DNA of 64,000 nt, the filler included, from Dirinaria sp. TL-2023a (taxonomy: Eukaryota): the NCBI GenBank assembly GCA_051941275.1. It is 11 parts of 11 records of this genome, joined end to end, with 100 filler letters (N's around TTAATTAATTAA, not from the genome) between each part and the next. Parts side by side here need not be neighbours in the genome. Positions count along the whole stretch, not along the records: positions 11,704 to 17,445 come from JAVEBF010001592.1; positions 17,546 to 23,287 come from JAVEBF010001593.1; positions 23,388 to 29,126 come from JAVEBF010001594.1; 8 more parts are not named here. One strand, given 5' to 3'. Positions 11,704 to 24,250 of the stretch are shown here, piece by piece (position 1 is the stretch's first letter; each line of letters starts with the position of its first letter). A program made the position numbers and the translations under genes. Below the pieces are notes generated by a model that saw only the letters and a list, made by a program, of their open reading frames with translations, did no database searches and had not been told where the DNA came from.

Positions 11704-14700
11704 CTTTCTATCTCCCTAGCCCAGGCCAGCATTTCCCGCGCTGCTGAACGTTGTCACAAGGTTTGCTGCGAAGGTTTCTGACTAAGTGGAGGATGTTCCG
11801 GAGGAAGAGATCCAAACATTATGCTCTGTGTACCTTGTAGAGCATAAGGCACAGGTGGAAGGAGCTTTCATTCTGAATATCTTTCCCTTTACCGGATCAA
11901 AGCTGGGCCGGGCAGGCTAGAGTAATCAGATCGGGCGATTTGCATCGGGGCGGGGGGGCTTTTGGATAGATCTTCATCTAGGGTATATGCATAATGAAAA
12001 GTATACTTAGACTCCGTACTAAGGTATACTTCTCGGTGACTGCTGTGTGCACCTTGCGCTTCTTTAGCATAGGTACGGGCGGGCAAGCTCTAGATCGCTC
12101 AACGCCTTGAGGAATGAGACAATGGCTTCCATCAATTCGATGGTGATCCGAGGTTGAAGATATTCTCCGTGCATTGGGCTATCACATCCTTGGGATATGC
12201 ACCCCTCTCCAAAGCTTAATAGCTTTCGGAGATGAATGCAAGATGCCAATGCAATGCAAGGTGTGGGGTAAGCGCCAGACTTGTGAATGTATTCCTCGAT
12301 TGAAGATCTGAGGCACTGGACTGGGGATGCTCGTGCAGGAATGCCAATGCTGACAAGTCGAGGAAGGACGAAACAGAGAGAGAAAGAGAAGCTTTGTGTT
12401 CGGCAAATCGTTGGACGAAGATTGATAAGATCAGCTCACACTATGGCTCCTTTGAGAGGTTTCAGAGAGATCGTGAAAGTCAAATTCCCCTCGTGCGATG
12501 GTCGGTCATGGAAGCTGTTCACGAGCATTTCTGAGTGGCCCGTAAGTATTGGATCTGGCATAGTTGCCATTCGGCGTCATCTGCTCCCGGAAACGAAACT
12601 CTCCAAGGAGGGCACTGCAAGATGGAGAGCCTCCATCACAGAGCAATGCAGCAGTTTCGCAGCCAAGCAAAGACTCCAATGGGAAGCTCACAATCCCCAG
12701 ATTTAGGTTTCGGTAAATGCCATTGAAGCGAAGAATAGGATGCTGTCATATCCCTGCGCGGCGTAACGTAGGGGTTGAGGGTCCATCAGATTGAAGTTGA
12801 GCGCTTTTCTTGAAGTACCTGCTGACGAGAGCACAAGCATGCTCGGGACCGACCGATCTCCACCAATCTCGTTATTCAAACCCCCACGCAACATCCCACG
12901 CGTAGTGGTCTAATCAGGCTCGAGGATTGACGGCGAGGTCTCCGAAGCCGCGAAGCCGCACTGCGACGCGAGTCTCGCCTTCTCGGTCGTATTATTCCAA
13001 ATCGATGAATGTACCGTATGCTGCTGTGTTCACGATGCATCGACCATTTGGGAAAGCATCATGTATGTATCCCTGCAAGATAGCATGTCGGATGACATCA
13101 TCCAATAACGTCCGATGAACTCAGTATCCCAAGGGCCCTACCGGTACTTTACGTCAGGTACAAAGTGTCAAAGACCCGGGGATCGATTGCCTGCAGCTCG
13201 ATCGTCCACTTGACCCCATATTGACAAAAGAAGCGAGTTGCAAAAGGTGTACAGTAGCAGAAGTTTCGTGGGAAACTTTTGGTGCTGAACTTTACCTTCG
13301 CTGGAGATCTCCCGCGTCCATGGAGTCTGATGGGGTACGCCTCGTACCTAGGTACCTTGGATGTATGGCACACGCATTTCTAGGAACAGTAGTAGTAAGA
13401 TACCTTAAGCAATAGTGACCCGTTGGGGTCACATCGGAGGCTCGGGGGTTTTCTACTTCCCACACTCCTCGTGAGCCGGCCCGTGCGTTCCCCTTCCGTT
13501 CCAAAGCGAGCCTTCATCCTTCAGGAGCCTAAGTAGTAAGTACATCGTGATCGCTCCATGCATGGCAATCCGACGCGCGAAGGAGCGCACTCTCAACGTG
13601 GCACCTCTGCGATATTTTGGACGACATCCTATTCATGAAGGCTGGCGCATGGCAATGGCGTTGGTCAACCCGGAGTGGTAGCAGCAGTAGTCGTCGTTGT
13701 CAAGCCTTTTCTCCCTCGCCCAGTCCGCCGCATCCCTGCATGACCACCGGGCCCTACCAGCCTGCCAACTGCACGTACTTGTACATGCAGGTGCCGGATT
13801 GCGCAAAGCACACGTTCCTCGCCGCACCGCTACTGCGGGTCTGCATTTACTTCTGCAGAGTGACAAGTGGATTTGGACCCGACACACTGGTTCAGACGAA
13901 GGCCCGCGCGCCCTGAACTATAGACCATATTAATATGTTTCGTCAGATATGATTGAGAGATGACGTTACACGAAATACGTCGAGCCATAGATGGCGTGCT
14001 AGAAGGATTCAGAAGCCTCGCCAGTGTTAGTAGGACCTCCAATGCTACAAGACCAGCTCGAGGAAGGGGGAAGAATTGATACAGTGTACCCCCACCCTAT
14101 TATGATTGCCGGAAGCTGGAGGCTGGAACATGCTATGGGTCAGGTAGCGTCACTCCAGTCTACGGCGATGGCCGTTGCGGCCGAAAAGCTTTTTTTTTCT
14201 TCTTCTTCTCGCGATGACTACAGGATATCGTCACAGAGAATCAGCATACCTTAGTTCAGTTGGTATTGATACCGTCTTGGGCGATGGTGTTCTGCATGTG
14301 GGCGGTCGACTGTGCAGGACTGGGGTTGGCCCCAATGCATCATTTAACCGACTGCTATTTTGGGCGGGGAAGGCAGAGGTCAGACATGCTGTGCCCAAAT
14401 GTGGATGGCTGGATGTTGGGGAGTCCCAATCCTCTGGTCTCGGAATTTCCGGGCACTCGAGACCGTACTAAGGGGACGAGGGGAGTAAGGTATTGAAAGT
14501 AACCGCATTGGGTGCCTCGGTGCCAAGCTCCCGCTTACATAAGTACTACCACTCGTTATGGGATTAGAGCATCGCACGTAGTAGAGCACTCACAGTACCT
14601 GACTCCGTACTCAGGTCCCAGTTGTGTCTGCCTGGTGAAATTACCTTAGACAACCCAGATAGCGGCTGCCTGGCTTAGGCTGTCTCCGCGCATTTTACGA

Positions 14701-15156
14701 GACGGAGCGTTGCTCATGTCCGCTTCCAAATGTGGTTCAATAGAGAAGGAATTGCGGAGAGAAATACATGCAAGCGATAGATAGCTATATACTTTTTAAA
14801 ATACTGGAGGTTAATTAAGCTTCTCCGGAATAGAAAAGGTAAGATCGAAGCAAAATTTTCAAACCCCTCCCATAAGTGCCACCAAAAGGAACCAGCCCCA
14901 CGGACGAGAAGAAGCTTAACATATACAATTTATATAGCCTTTAAAACAAACCAGCTAACGGTGCATCGGGATAAACGCTTTTCGGAGATCACCCCTGAAG
15001 ATGTTGAAAAGAAATGCTACACGCTCGGAACGCTCACACAATGCCGACCGTGGGTATCTCGATGGAGTAAACAGAAAGAACCACTCGATAACGCTAAGAA
15101 AATGAGGCGCGATGGCTGTAGGACTGTGTACAGAGAACACAAGGAAGTCTCCAAGA

Positions 15157-16695
15157 TCAGTGCTTCCACCCTTTGCGGATGCTGGCAGGATCAAACGGAC
15201 CGTGCGGCAGCGGAGAGCTGATCACAGCACCTCTGGCTCCTAGGCCTAGGCGCTGCTCTGCATTCTCATTGGCGCCAAATGGTGGGATTTGAACAGGTGT
15301 AGCATAGGCTGGTGGAACAAGAGCCGTAGCAGGCGCGTAGGAGCTAGTTCTGCGACGAGTGTTTCTTGCGCCGCGCTCGTTCTCATCTTGCTCGTGCCAG
15401 TGCCCATTGCTCATTGACCCATTGCTGCTGGTGGAGGCCAGCCTGACATGGCGCGGTGAAGGAGGTCGAGGAGCCATGTGAGCCGGGCCAGCGCCATTGC
15501 ACGCAACACTGCGGAAATAGTCCCGCTCCAGTCGATAATATTCTCGTTCTTCAGCGATATCGCGTATTTGATGCTCCAATTTGGCGATATTCTGTGATGT
15601 TTCCCTTTCCTTCTCCTTCCGGCGCTGGCGAAAGCGATGGGACGCGGTGGCGTTCCGCTTACGTTTCTCGTCAGCCACTTTTGATGCCGCCTGAACGTCG
15701 ACAGGTACCTGGATGGGACCTTGATCGGTGTCGAGCGTCATCATCTGATAATTGCCCTGTGTCGTCGAAGTAGACATGGGTCCATAGGATTCCTTTATGT
15801 GCGACCCTGGTTGCTGCGTATTTGCAGCGTGGCCGTTCTGGTCACTGTACGACTGGGCGAAAAAGGATAGAGGCTGAGTAGGACCACTGGTAGCATGTGG
15901 AGGCGGTGGTGTGCGACTAAAGCGGCTATAGGAGGAATACGAGGTGCTAGGACTGTTACTTTGAGACGCTGGCATGTGGGAAGATGAAGCGCCGCCACTT
16001 GGCCTACGCTCGTCCTTAAATTGAGACTGGGACGCGGTGATGCTTGTCGAGTGCCCTAAGGGAGAGGCCGTAGACAGTGGACTGGGGTGGCTTGAAGCTG
16101 CTTGGGATAAGGCCATGGACACAGGTGGAAGGCTGGGGGGAAAGGAATTGGCATTGGCGTGATCTTTCGAAGGCATGAAAGGTGAAGCCTTCGCGTCAAT
16201 CTTGCCACCTGTAAGGCCGGGAGTGGCTGGCTTTCCACCATACATGCCTGCTGAAGGTGGACGTGGCGTCAAAATTCGGCGGCCATTTTGAGCCGGAAGT
16301 GCGGGATAGCCAGTGTTGGAATGCGGAGTGATGCTCGGCAAGACCGTGCTACCCTGATTTTGTGATAGAGAAGCTTCAGGCGAATGAGCTGTGGACAGAA
16401 TTTTTGCTGGAGAATCCATGTACTGATCGGCTGAGCGAAGACGGCCCTGACCTGCATCGATTTCTCGAGCAGTTGGGTTGAGGAGATTCTGCATGCCTGA
16501 AGGTCCTGGCGGCCGAGACGAAGCTCCGTTGGGAGATTCGCTCGAGGTGCTGCGAGCATGCTGCAGTAAAGCTTCGTCGCCAGCAGATCGTTGGTTTTGA
16601 AGTGCTTGGGTGACGGGAGGCAGACGGGGCTTTTCCTTCACATCAGTCCTTGTTGACTCCGAACTGGGACGAGAGGAACCCGGTCTCTGCGACAT
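15157..16695 (-). CDS. bZIP transcription factor (first in-frame ATG at 16695; frame stays open upstream to 17109)
   Basis: Basic region DEKRKRNATASHRFRQRRKEKE followed by a heptad zipper (IAKLEHQIRDIAEEREYYR); long S/P-rich disordered N-terminus. Confidence 0.9.
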   Translation of the reverse strand: MSQRPGSSRPSSESTRTDVKEKPRLPPVTQALQNQRSAGDEALLQHARSTSSESPNGASSRPPGPSGMQNLLNPTAREIDAGQGRLRSADQYMDSPAKILSTAHSPEASLSQNQGSTVLPSITPHSNTGYPALPAQNGRRILTPRPPSAGMYGGKPATPGLTGGKIDAKASPFMPSKDHANANSFPPSLPPVSMALSQAASSHPSPLSTASPLGHSTSITASQSQFKDERRPSGGASSSHMPASQSNSPSTSYSSYSRFSRTPPPPHATSGPTQPLSFFAQSYSDQNGHAANTQQPGSHIKESYGPMSTSTTQGNYQMMTLDTDQGPIQVPVDVQAASKVADEKRKRNATASHRFRQRRKEKERETSQNIAKLEHQIRDIAEEREYYRLERDYFRSVACNGAGPAHMAPRPPSPRHVRLASTSSNGSMSNGHWHEQDENERGARNTRRRTSSYAPATALVPPAYATPVQIPPFGANENAEQRLGLGARGAVISSPLPHGPFDPASIRKGWKH

Positions 16696-17445
16696 AGGAG
16701 CCTCGTCGCTGGATCGGAGCTCCTCTCGGCCACCGTTGCATCGGCGGTCCGCTCTGCTCCCAAAATCGCAGGTTCCGGCAAGTTGCAACTGGGACAAAGA
16801 CCTCTGAAGACCCGCCTGCCACTCGGCAATGCGTTCTTCAACGCGTGCAGGAGAGACAGGACCCGGGAAAGGAGGAAATTGGTGAGAGTAGTAAGGGCTA
16901 ATCTGTGATACCGCCAGAGTGGCGGTTAGCCAGGACGAATGACGTCCCGCTGTTTCGGGGGGTTGGAATGACAGCGAATCAGAAGTGTATGTACACAACG
17001 CTTGGTGGTGAACGAGGTGTGACGAAGAATACAAAGCTATGAAATTTGGGCAATAGCACAACGTCAGTCGCAAACGGAACGCATCAGAATAATGAGCAGA
17101 CAGGAACAAGAATCAGCAAACAGTTTCCGTGACAAAAGGATGGATGTGACAAGGGAGCACGAGGAGGAGATGCCTTTAAACGTGCATGACAGGAGACGGA
17201 CCCATGTCTAGTCAGTAACCAGTAGCGGTGAAAAGGGCAGAATGACGCTTGTTTATCTGCGAGGCGCATCACTTTTGCGCGGTCAAGATCTTGGAAATCC
17301 TTCCAGGGAAATGGATCGCAACAGGCCTTGTTCCCTTCAGAAGCATTGGCCTGGGAAAGCTAAACAACGGCCTAAAGATTTCTTGGGACGGAGGACGGCT
17401 TCGGGGAGCAACGGAAGAAGAGCTAGTCGCATGGCACCCATGACT

Positions 17446-17545
17446 NNNNNNNNNNNNNNNNNNNNNNNNNNNNNNNNNNNNNNNNNNNNTTAATTAATTA
17501 ANNNNNNNNNNNNNNNNNNNNNNNNNNNNNNNNNNNNNNNNNNNN
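17446..17545. other. Artificial contig linker
   Basis: N44-TTAATTAATTAA-N44. Confidence 0.99.
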
Positions 17546-18555
17546 GCTCCTTGACATTGAAGCGCGTACTCTCGAAGAGTCCTCTTGCTAGGTCCGAGGC
17601 GCCATGAAATTTATCCATCGCAGCAGAATCAGAGATAATAGTTTTTATGATGAGTTCTTGAGCTAGTTAAGGAGTTATACGAGAGCGGTAGAGAACGCTT
17701 GAACCTTCCGGAAAGCACTTTATCCTGCACTGGCGTTGACTCAAAAGAGAGAGAGCCAAGTGTCCTGATCACAGTCTGTAGATCCAATTTTTCCACGCCC
17801 TTTAGCTTCAATTCTTGAAGGAAAGGACCGTTTTATTACGTTTGAGAGAGCCTAGAAAGAAATTACTCTGCCGCCCCTTCGGTTGGCATCAGCGAAATCT
17901 GCACCTTACAGTATGTGGCCGCAGCGGAAGTAAAGCGCTCCTTGATGCCAACCGATATAGAGGGGTTTCTATTCGTGCGGAACCCTCTAGGTTCTCCTCT
18001 TCAGATAAGATGCAGAATTGATGCTAATGAGAGCTTTGCACCCGCTGTGACCACATACTGTAATACCGATCTACCTTGCCGTAAGAGCACATACTCTCCG
18101 CTTGATCTAACGAGGAATTCCGATACTTACTACATCCTTTACTGCTTTCCAGATACACTGATACAAAGATTCTGATTTGCAATGATACTACAAAGAGACT
18201 TGCTCATATATGCAACGCCCAACGGCTATCATCGTGATAGATACTTCATACACCAGAGAACTTCAGGGGCTGAATCAGATGCAGATCACGTCGCAACCAG
18301 GTCGTGTCCCAGGCTTCTAGATGGCTCATCCAACACGGGTGAAGGCGAAGTAATGCTGGAACGCAGATAATAATCATGTTAGAACGGCAGAGGGAAAATG
18401 CATTCCTCACCATGTTCTCGTCGGGTCAAATTTAACCTCTTTTACCCTTTGGAACTTGTCGATCTTGGTATTTAGTATAATGACATTTAACGGTGCACAG
18501 ATTATAGAGCTCTGAGTGCTTTCCCTTTATCAATCTGCAGACAAAATTCCTTGGT

Positions 18556-19325
18556 TCAAGACAGGGGCCGAGATTTAGATAGACGACACCTAACTTCGAG
18601 AACAAGGACAAACTCATGACATCATGTAAGGCACCAAGAGGCCAGTCCATTGACTCTCGCACCCATGTCAAAGCTTCAAGCGGTTCTTCATGATCGACGA
18701 AAAAGCCAGTATCAACACTTGACACAAGTCTGCTGACATCCTCATGATCAAAAAGCTTACCGCGGTGGTTGGCATTTCTAACATAGCGTATTGGAGATGC
18801 TTTCATAATCTGCTCCGCGTACTCTTTTATAAAATCGAGTCGGATGGTGTTAATGGAGCCTAAAACATTCAATATTAAATTCATAACTGAACTAAGCGTT
18901 CACTTTACTTCCAAACGCCTTTGCAGCAGCTAAGCAGGCAGCTGGATGAGAGCTCATAAGAGCATAGATTTCGTCACCGTCCTGCCTAAGCTCATTCAAG
19001 AGGCCCACTGCAAGTCCACGCTCACGATACTCGCGATGTACTACTAGCTGAGTGACCCAACAAACTGATTTTCCTTGACAAATCCAGCGGCAGGCAAAAG
19101 CGTTATCAGCAAGATGGCCGTCAACGATAACCTTGACATAAACGCATGAGGAGCCATCAAATAGATAATTGGCTCGTAGCTTACGACCTTTGTAGACTTG
19201 CCTGACATCTGTGCGGCCTGCTCGCTCCAAACTCCGTAATTTTCACAGAAGAGCCGTGATGCTTCTTCGAGCATGCTATCCGTGATCTAACCACCCTCAT
19301 ACTTTTCAAAGAGCTTCTTCTCCAT
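18556..19325 (-). pseudogene. Disrupted GNAT-family N-acetyltransferase gene
   Basis: GNAT motif A (WVTQLVVHREYRERGLAVGLL). In-frame TAG at codon 13, frameshifts near 19185 and 18620, one intron at about 18860-18910. Confidence 0.7.
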
Positions 19326-19743
19326 TTTTAAGCTGCTTCTTCGAGGGCCCTGTCTAGGCGCGATATCGTGTCTAAGGCTGTACAGAGTACGCGACGAACT
19401 AGTGCGATGGTTTCGATGCTTTTATCGGGAACATATATGATCCTTAGATATAAGCCGTCACTGAATTCTACCGACTTGAGTCTTATGCTGATGATGCTGA
19501 GACTTGGAATGCGAAAGCAGAGCTGCCAAAAGCGAGGTAATTAAGGCCTCAAACATTGCTTAGTCATCAGTTCCGACGGCGATACTTTAGGTATGATGTG
19601 AAATAGACTTTTCTCGCGCCAGAAGTTACACTAAGCTTCTCCTACCGTCATTTACCTTCCACCTTCCACCTGAGACTCTACCGTTCTAGTAGCATGCTAC
19701 ACTCTTACTGTCATCCGCTCAAATAGAAGTCTTCTCAATGTCA

Positions 19744-20346
19744 TTAAAAGATAAACCAACTCGCTCCAGATCCTCTATTGTAGTCGTTTGGAAGATAATA
19801 ATTCTTGACCTTGCCTTCTCTTTTCTGCGAGAAATCGGACCTGAAAATCTTGTCGTCTTCGGTGCGTAGATCAACAATGACCGCGAGATGTACGTAATCT
19901 GGCCAGAGGCGCTCGACGATAAATTTGCGAACAGCATCTCTGTCTCTAAGCTCGACCGTCTCTTCCACATTTGCAAGGAGCTGCCAAAACTTCTGTCTAA
20001 AGACACGCTGTTCGCTTTGAGGGAAATCGAGATTACCGTATAGAAGAGAATCTAAATATTCCGCGCGATCTTCTTCATAAGTGCTTGTGTACACTAGACG
20101 GAAGGCGTATTTGAGATCTGAACGCAGTTTCTCCATTGTCTCCGGGTGCTTGAAGCGATCTGCAGCCCAACCGATGCTTCGATTGTAAATATCTTCTAAA
20201 GAATAGCTTCCAAAATAACAGTCTTTGGAGTATTCGCTATCGACTGCGATGTCAAACCTAAAAGGTGAGTCCAGAGATGGAGAAGGCTGCAAAGAGAGAG
20301 GGTCTTTAATCGAGTAAGCCATTAGTCGATGATTCGCATCGTTCAA
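19744..20346 (-). CDS. Hypothetical protein, possibly a fragment of a decayed gene
   Basis: 200-codon ORF with globular composition, no clear ATG start and no recognised motif. Confidence 0.4.
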   Translation of the reverse strand: MNDANHRLMAYSIKDPLSLQPSPSLDSPFRFDIAVDSEYSKDCYFGSYSLEDIYNRSIGWAADRFKHPETMEKLRSDLKYAFRLVYTSTYEEDRAEYLDSLLYGNLDFPQSEQRVFRQKFWQLLANVEETVELRDRDAVRKFIVERLWPDYVHLAVIVDLRTEDDKIFRSDFSQKREGKVKNYYLPNDYNRGSGASWFIF

Positions 20347-20899
20347 GAAGTATTAAGCACATTACCGAATATTTGCAAACGTCCAGCCATCTTTGTAATA
20401 CTCTCATCTCTATTTGCTTTCATGAATCTTTCAATATTCTACTGAATGCAAGTTGATGGTCAGGATTTGCTTGCTTGTGAGGAAAGGAAGAATGAAGTGC
20501 TTTTCCTTTAATATTTATATTCAGACTGGCCTGTTTTCTTTGCTTTTTAAATTTAGCTTGTATAAGCTTACAAATGTGCCTAGTGTGATAGTCAACGAAT
20601 ATGCTCAAGGCTTAAGAGTATGGATGACACTGGAAACGAGGCGCTGACTGATATTACGAGTCGGCTGCGTCACTAGGCATCAGCTCTACTTTTCTTGGCT
20701 GCTAGTCAATTTTGGTCCTTACAATCACCTATGATTCCTAACAAAATAGGACGCTACGTAGTGCCCTGCTGCACAGTTGCATATGCAGTCCATTTTATAA
20801 CTTACAGTGCAAGCCGGCGGGAGTGTTTGAAATGATATCCTATGTTTTAAAAGACTGCACTAAATTTGGGTTGATTTCGTGGAAATGGTTATATAAGCT

Positions 20900-23021
20900 C
20901 TAGTTGTATACAGATGTTATGAAGTCATTCTTCGGCAATATCCAACCTGCCAGTGACTTTATCTGACATTGCACATCCTCAAACAAATATGTACCAACAT
21001 CAGATATTAAAAACTGCGGCCTCCTTTTACAGAAGACTTCTACTGCATGGTTGAAAGCTGCTTTGCTCCCATCCAGATTCCCAAGTTGAAGGCGTGTAAA
21101 GCAGATAAAAAGATAAATCAAACCACAGATAAAAACCTCCTCTTCGGAAGGGTTATATTTTCTGTTCAAATTCAAGGCCTCGTTCCAGCGCACTTCAGCT
21201 TCGGACAATGGAGAAATACGTGCTAAGGCGATAAGTGCACGTACATGACCCAGGCGGTCAACGATATCGAGTTCAATCAGCCTGCTGTAGATGTCGCGGA
21301 GTTCCATAAGTAGGCTATATGTCTTCTCGAATCGACGTCGTCTGATATTCGCCTCAGATAGGGAAAGGAGCAAGCGCCGGAAGCTCTTCGGATACTGAGC
21401 GCGCTCTCTTAAGCGCTGAATTTCTGGTCTCATCAGATCATCAGCTTTGTCTAAGAGCGTCGTCTCCTCCGCCATGCGTTCCTCTAAATAATAGTCGAAT
21501 CTCTTCCGCTGTAAATAATCCAGTTCGCTGTAGAGATTCGCAAGATTAGACTCCACTAAAATTCGCTTAGCTTCGCGGAGTCCATACATCGCGAGACAGC
21601 GTTCAAAGAATTCCTTTGCTTCATGAAAGCAGCCTCGGCCTCTAAGGATTCGACCAGCGCAGTATATCTGATCCCAAACTAAATCCACCTGCTTTTCCGT
21701 ATCGTTTGAGGGCATTCAACACTGTATTTTGTTGTTTGCCAGCTCGAAGTCAAAGTTGTAGGCATAATTGATGACCTGAGAGAGGTGCAGGCGTCCAAAA
21801 ACAAAGTATGAATTCGCTTCCAGGTCAAGGCTTGAACGGTTGAAAAATTCTTGTACTAGACGACTCGATCCGCATACATCCCCTTTCAAGCGCTGTAAAA
21901 CACTCTGTCGATGAACGACTTCAGCTTGTAGATACAAGACTGCTGGATCTTTCAGTAACTTGTCGGCTATTGAGACGAAATGATGTTGTCTGCTCAGCGG
22001 CCCAAATGTGGAGGCGGCTAACAAGCTTTTCACGAAACTGTTGCCGCAAGGCAGTTCGAGACCTGTTTCCGCGTATTGCCGCAAAATATGTTCTAGAACA
22101 GCTGATACTTTCTTCAGTCTGAGTCTATAAAGATGTAAGCGACGTAGCTGAAGATACTGCTGATCTAACTTACAGCGAGTTCCCTGTTTGGATTCTGGGA
22201 AAGACATAGCAGATCAACTCGAAGGCTTGTTGAATCCAATATATCATATCTCGACTGTACAGGGATTGCGCTGAGTGAGTTTGACAGATGTAAACTTCCA
22301 CGCCGTCCGATTCTCCCACACCAATTGTTGAAAGTGAGAGAAGCTTCTCAATAGCTTGCCGTAATTTCTTGCCCTCTGAGAGAAGGAGCCTTAGATGTGC
22401 AGAAAGACCAGCATTTTGCGGTGTAATTTCGTACAATCCATCTAGGCCGTTGCATCTCTGTTGCGGAGCGACTGCACGTTCGACTATGAATCTTGGGATG
22501 CGGTCACTCATGGCGTAGAACAATGACAGTATTGAGGCTTCAACTGATGCAAGATCTGCGGGTTTTGACACCGACAAGATTTGAACACTCTCCGAGATAA
22601 TGTCTTGACATAGATCATATGCTCTGGCCGTAGAAGGATCCCCTGATCGTGCGGGGCAAGATAGCTGTGGTTGCTCTGCTGCGGAAGAGCTTTGATTGAA
22701 TGATGTGTGCTCATGAGACGGCGGAGTTGGAAGAAATGGCCTCTGTTGGGCTCTTCTTGAAGGGGACGGAGACTGAGGCCTGACTTGCGGTGTGAAGAAA
22801 TGGGACGAATCATTCGGAGCGACATCCCGCTCTCGAACTCTACTGAAACGCTCTGCGGTAGAGATTATCTGTTGTTGCTCTCTGGGTGTAGCTCTTCGTG
22901 GTCGCCCGTCATTGCTTCGAGAGGAGCTTGATATCAAGTTCCCAAAATGAAGATCAACTGTGATGATGGTCTTCTTAGAAGCAGCTTGAACTCTATATGT
23001 GCTCTCGCTTGACTTTGGCAC
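20900..23021 (-). pseudogene. TPR-like helical-repeat protein gene with a single in-frame TGA (21716-21718); intron 22125-22173
   Basis: Intron GTAAGT..CTTAC..TAG joins ORF 23021-22170 to ORF 22207-21716 in frame. ORF 21715-20900 continues directly after the TGA. TPR-like helices (AGRILRGRGCFHEAKEFFERCL). The paralog at 29.2-30.2 kb has Trp at the stop position. Confidence 0.7.
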
Positions 23022-23287
23022 GCGATTCGAGGAGTAACCAAGAGCGGCGAATATTTCATCAATCCTAGCTTATCAGCATTGCCTTTGTTCGCAGATGAAA
23101 ATTCATACAGAGGTTTGTTGACCTTTACATTGGATGCGTCAAGCAGAGATGCAATTAGACCGGGAATTGTGTACTCAGGTTCTAGACAATCGCTGTAATC
23201 GTATTTCACGAATTCGTCCGATTTGAAATGTTTGAGAATTAATTGTAAATTTTCGTCGTTGTGGATATGAGAAAAGTAGGTAAGAGA

Positions 23288-23387
23288 NNNNNNNNNNNNN
23301 NNNNNNNNNNNNNNNNNNNNNNNNNNNNNNNTTAATTAATTAANNNNNNNNNNNNNNNNNNNNNNNNNNNNNNNNNNNNNNNNNNNN
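23288..23387. other. Artificial contig linker
   Basis: N44-TTAATTAATTAA-N44. Confidence 0.99.
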
Positions 23388-24250
23388 GCCCTGAAGATGG
23401 ACTTTGGACAAGAGCGAAAAGGTCATGATGTGAACTTATTTTGAGACTGACAACGCAGTGGTTTGCATAAGTTGAAGAAGCAAGACTTTGAGAGCCAGAA
23501 GCAGCAATATTCCGCCGCTTCATATATACAAAGATTCAAGAGTACTTGGCTTGAACTGCACGGACCTGACTTGATCTTCATGTAGAATAACGCTTTCATA
23601 CCTACTGCTTCAAGAGGTAAAAGATGATTTGCTCAACATGATATGAATGTCATGATCTGATCAGTCCGTTCATCAGATTTCAACCTAGGTGAACATTAGT
23701 AGTTTTGCTTGAAGGAGATCATCAGATCAATTCAACTATTGAAAGCTTCGATGACGGTCGTGAAGCTATTGAGAAGAACTTATTCGATGTTGTAATTAAG
23801 GTGTAGCTCATAGATTTAGGGGATCTTAAGTAGTTAGTCAAAAGTATGCAAAGGATAGTAGAAGCAGTCACAGAAGCGGAGGGGTGATATGGAAAGCAGT
23901 GAGGCTTGAAATCTTGGGGGCAATAATAGCATAATGATATGTCAATAATGTTCCAAATGACTGAGTTTTTGGAAATGCTATAAGGTGTTGAATTATGATG
24001 GTTGTGTAGGTGATTTCTTTAAGGGGGTGCGGATTCCGGAGACTTTGGTCGATACAGTAGCCGGATCAAGAAACGCCTGGTTCAAAGACAATGCTATCAG
24101 TGCGAAAACTCCGATTGGTACAATGACACTTTTGGATTTAAAACATCGTCAGCTGAAGACGCCGCCACTTACTGCCATACTGAGTTTATACAAGCACTAC
24201 ATACAAAAAACTGCCATTCTTTCCGAAATCATTCCTGTCAAGCCGATGCC

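Noticed and set aside
11704..14600. Many short ORFs, possibly a decayed minus-strand gene
   Set aside because: No recognisable motif or consistent frame could be reconstructed by eye.
22125..22207. Apparent frameshift between ORFs 23021-22170 and 22207-21716
   Set aside because: Explained by a canonical 49-nt intron.
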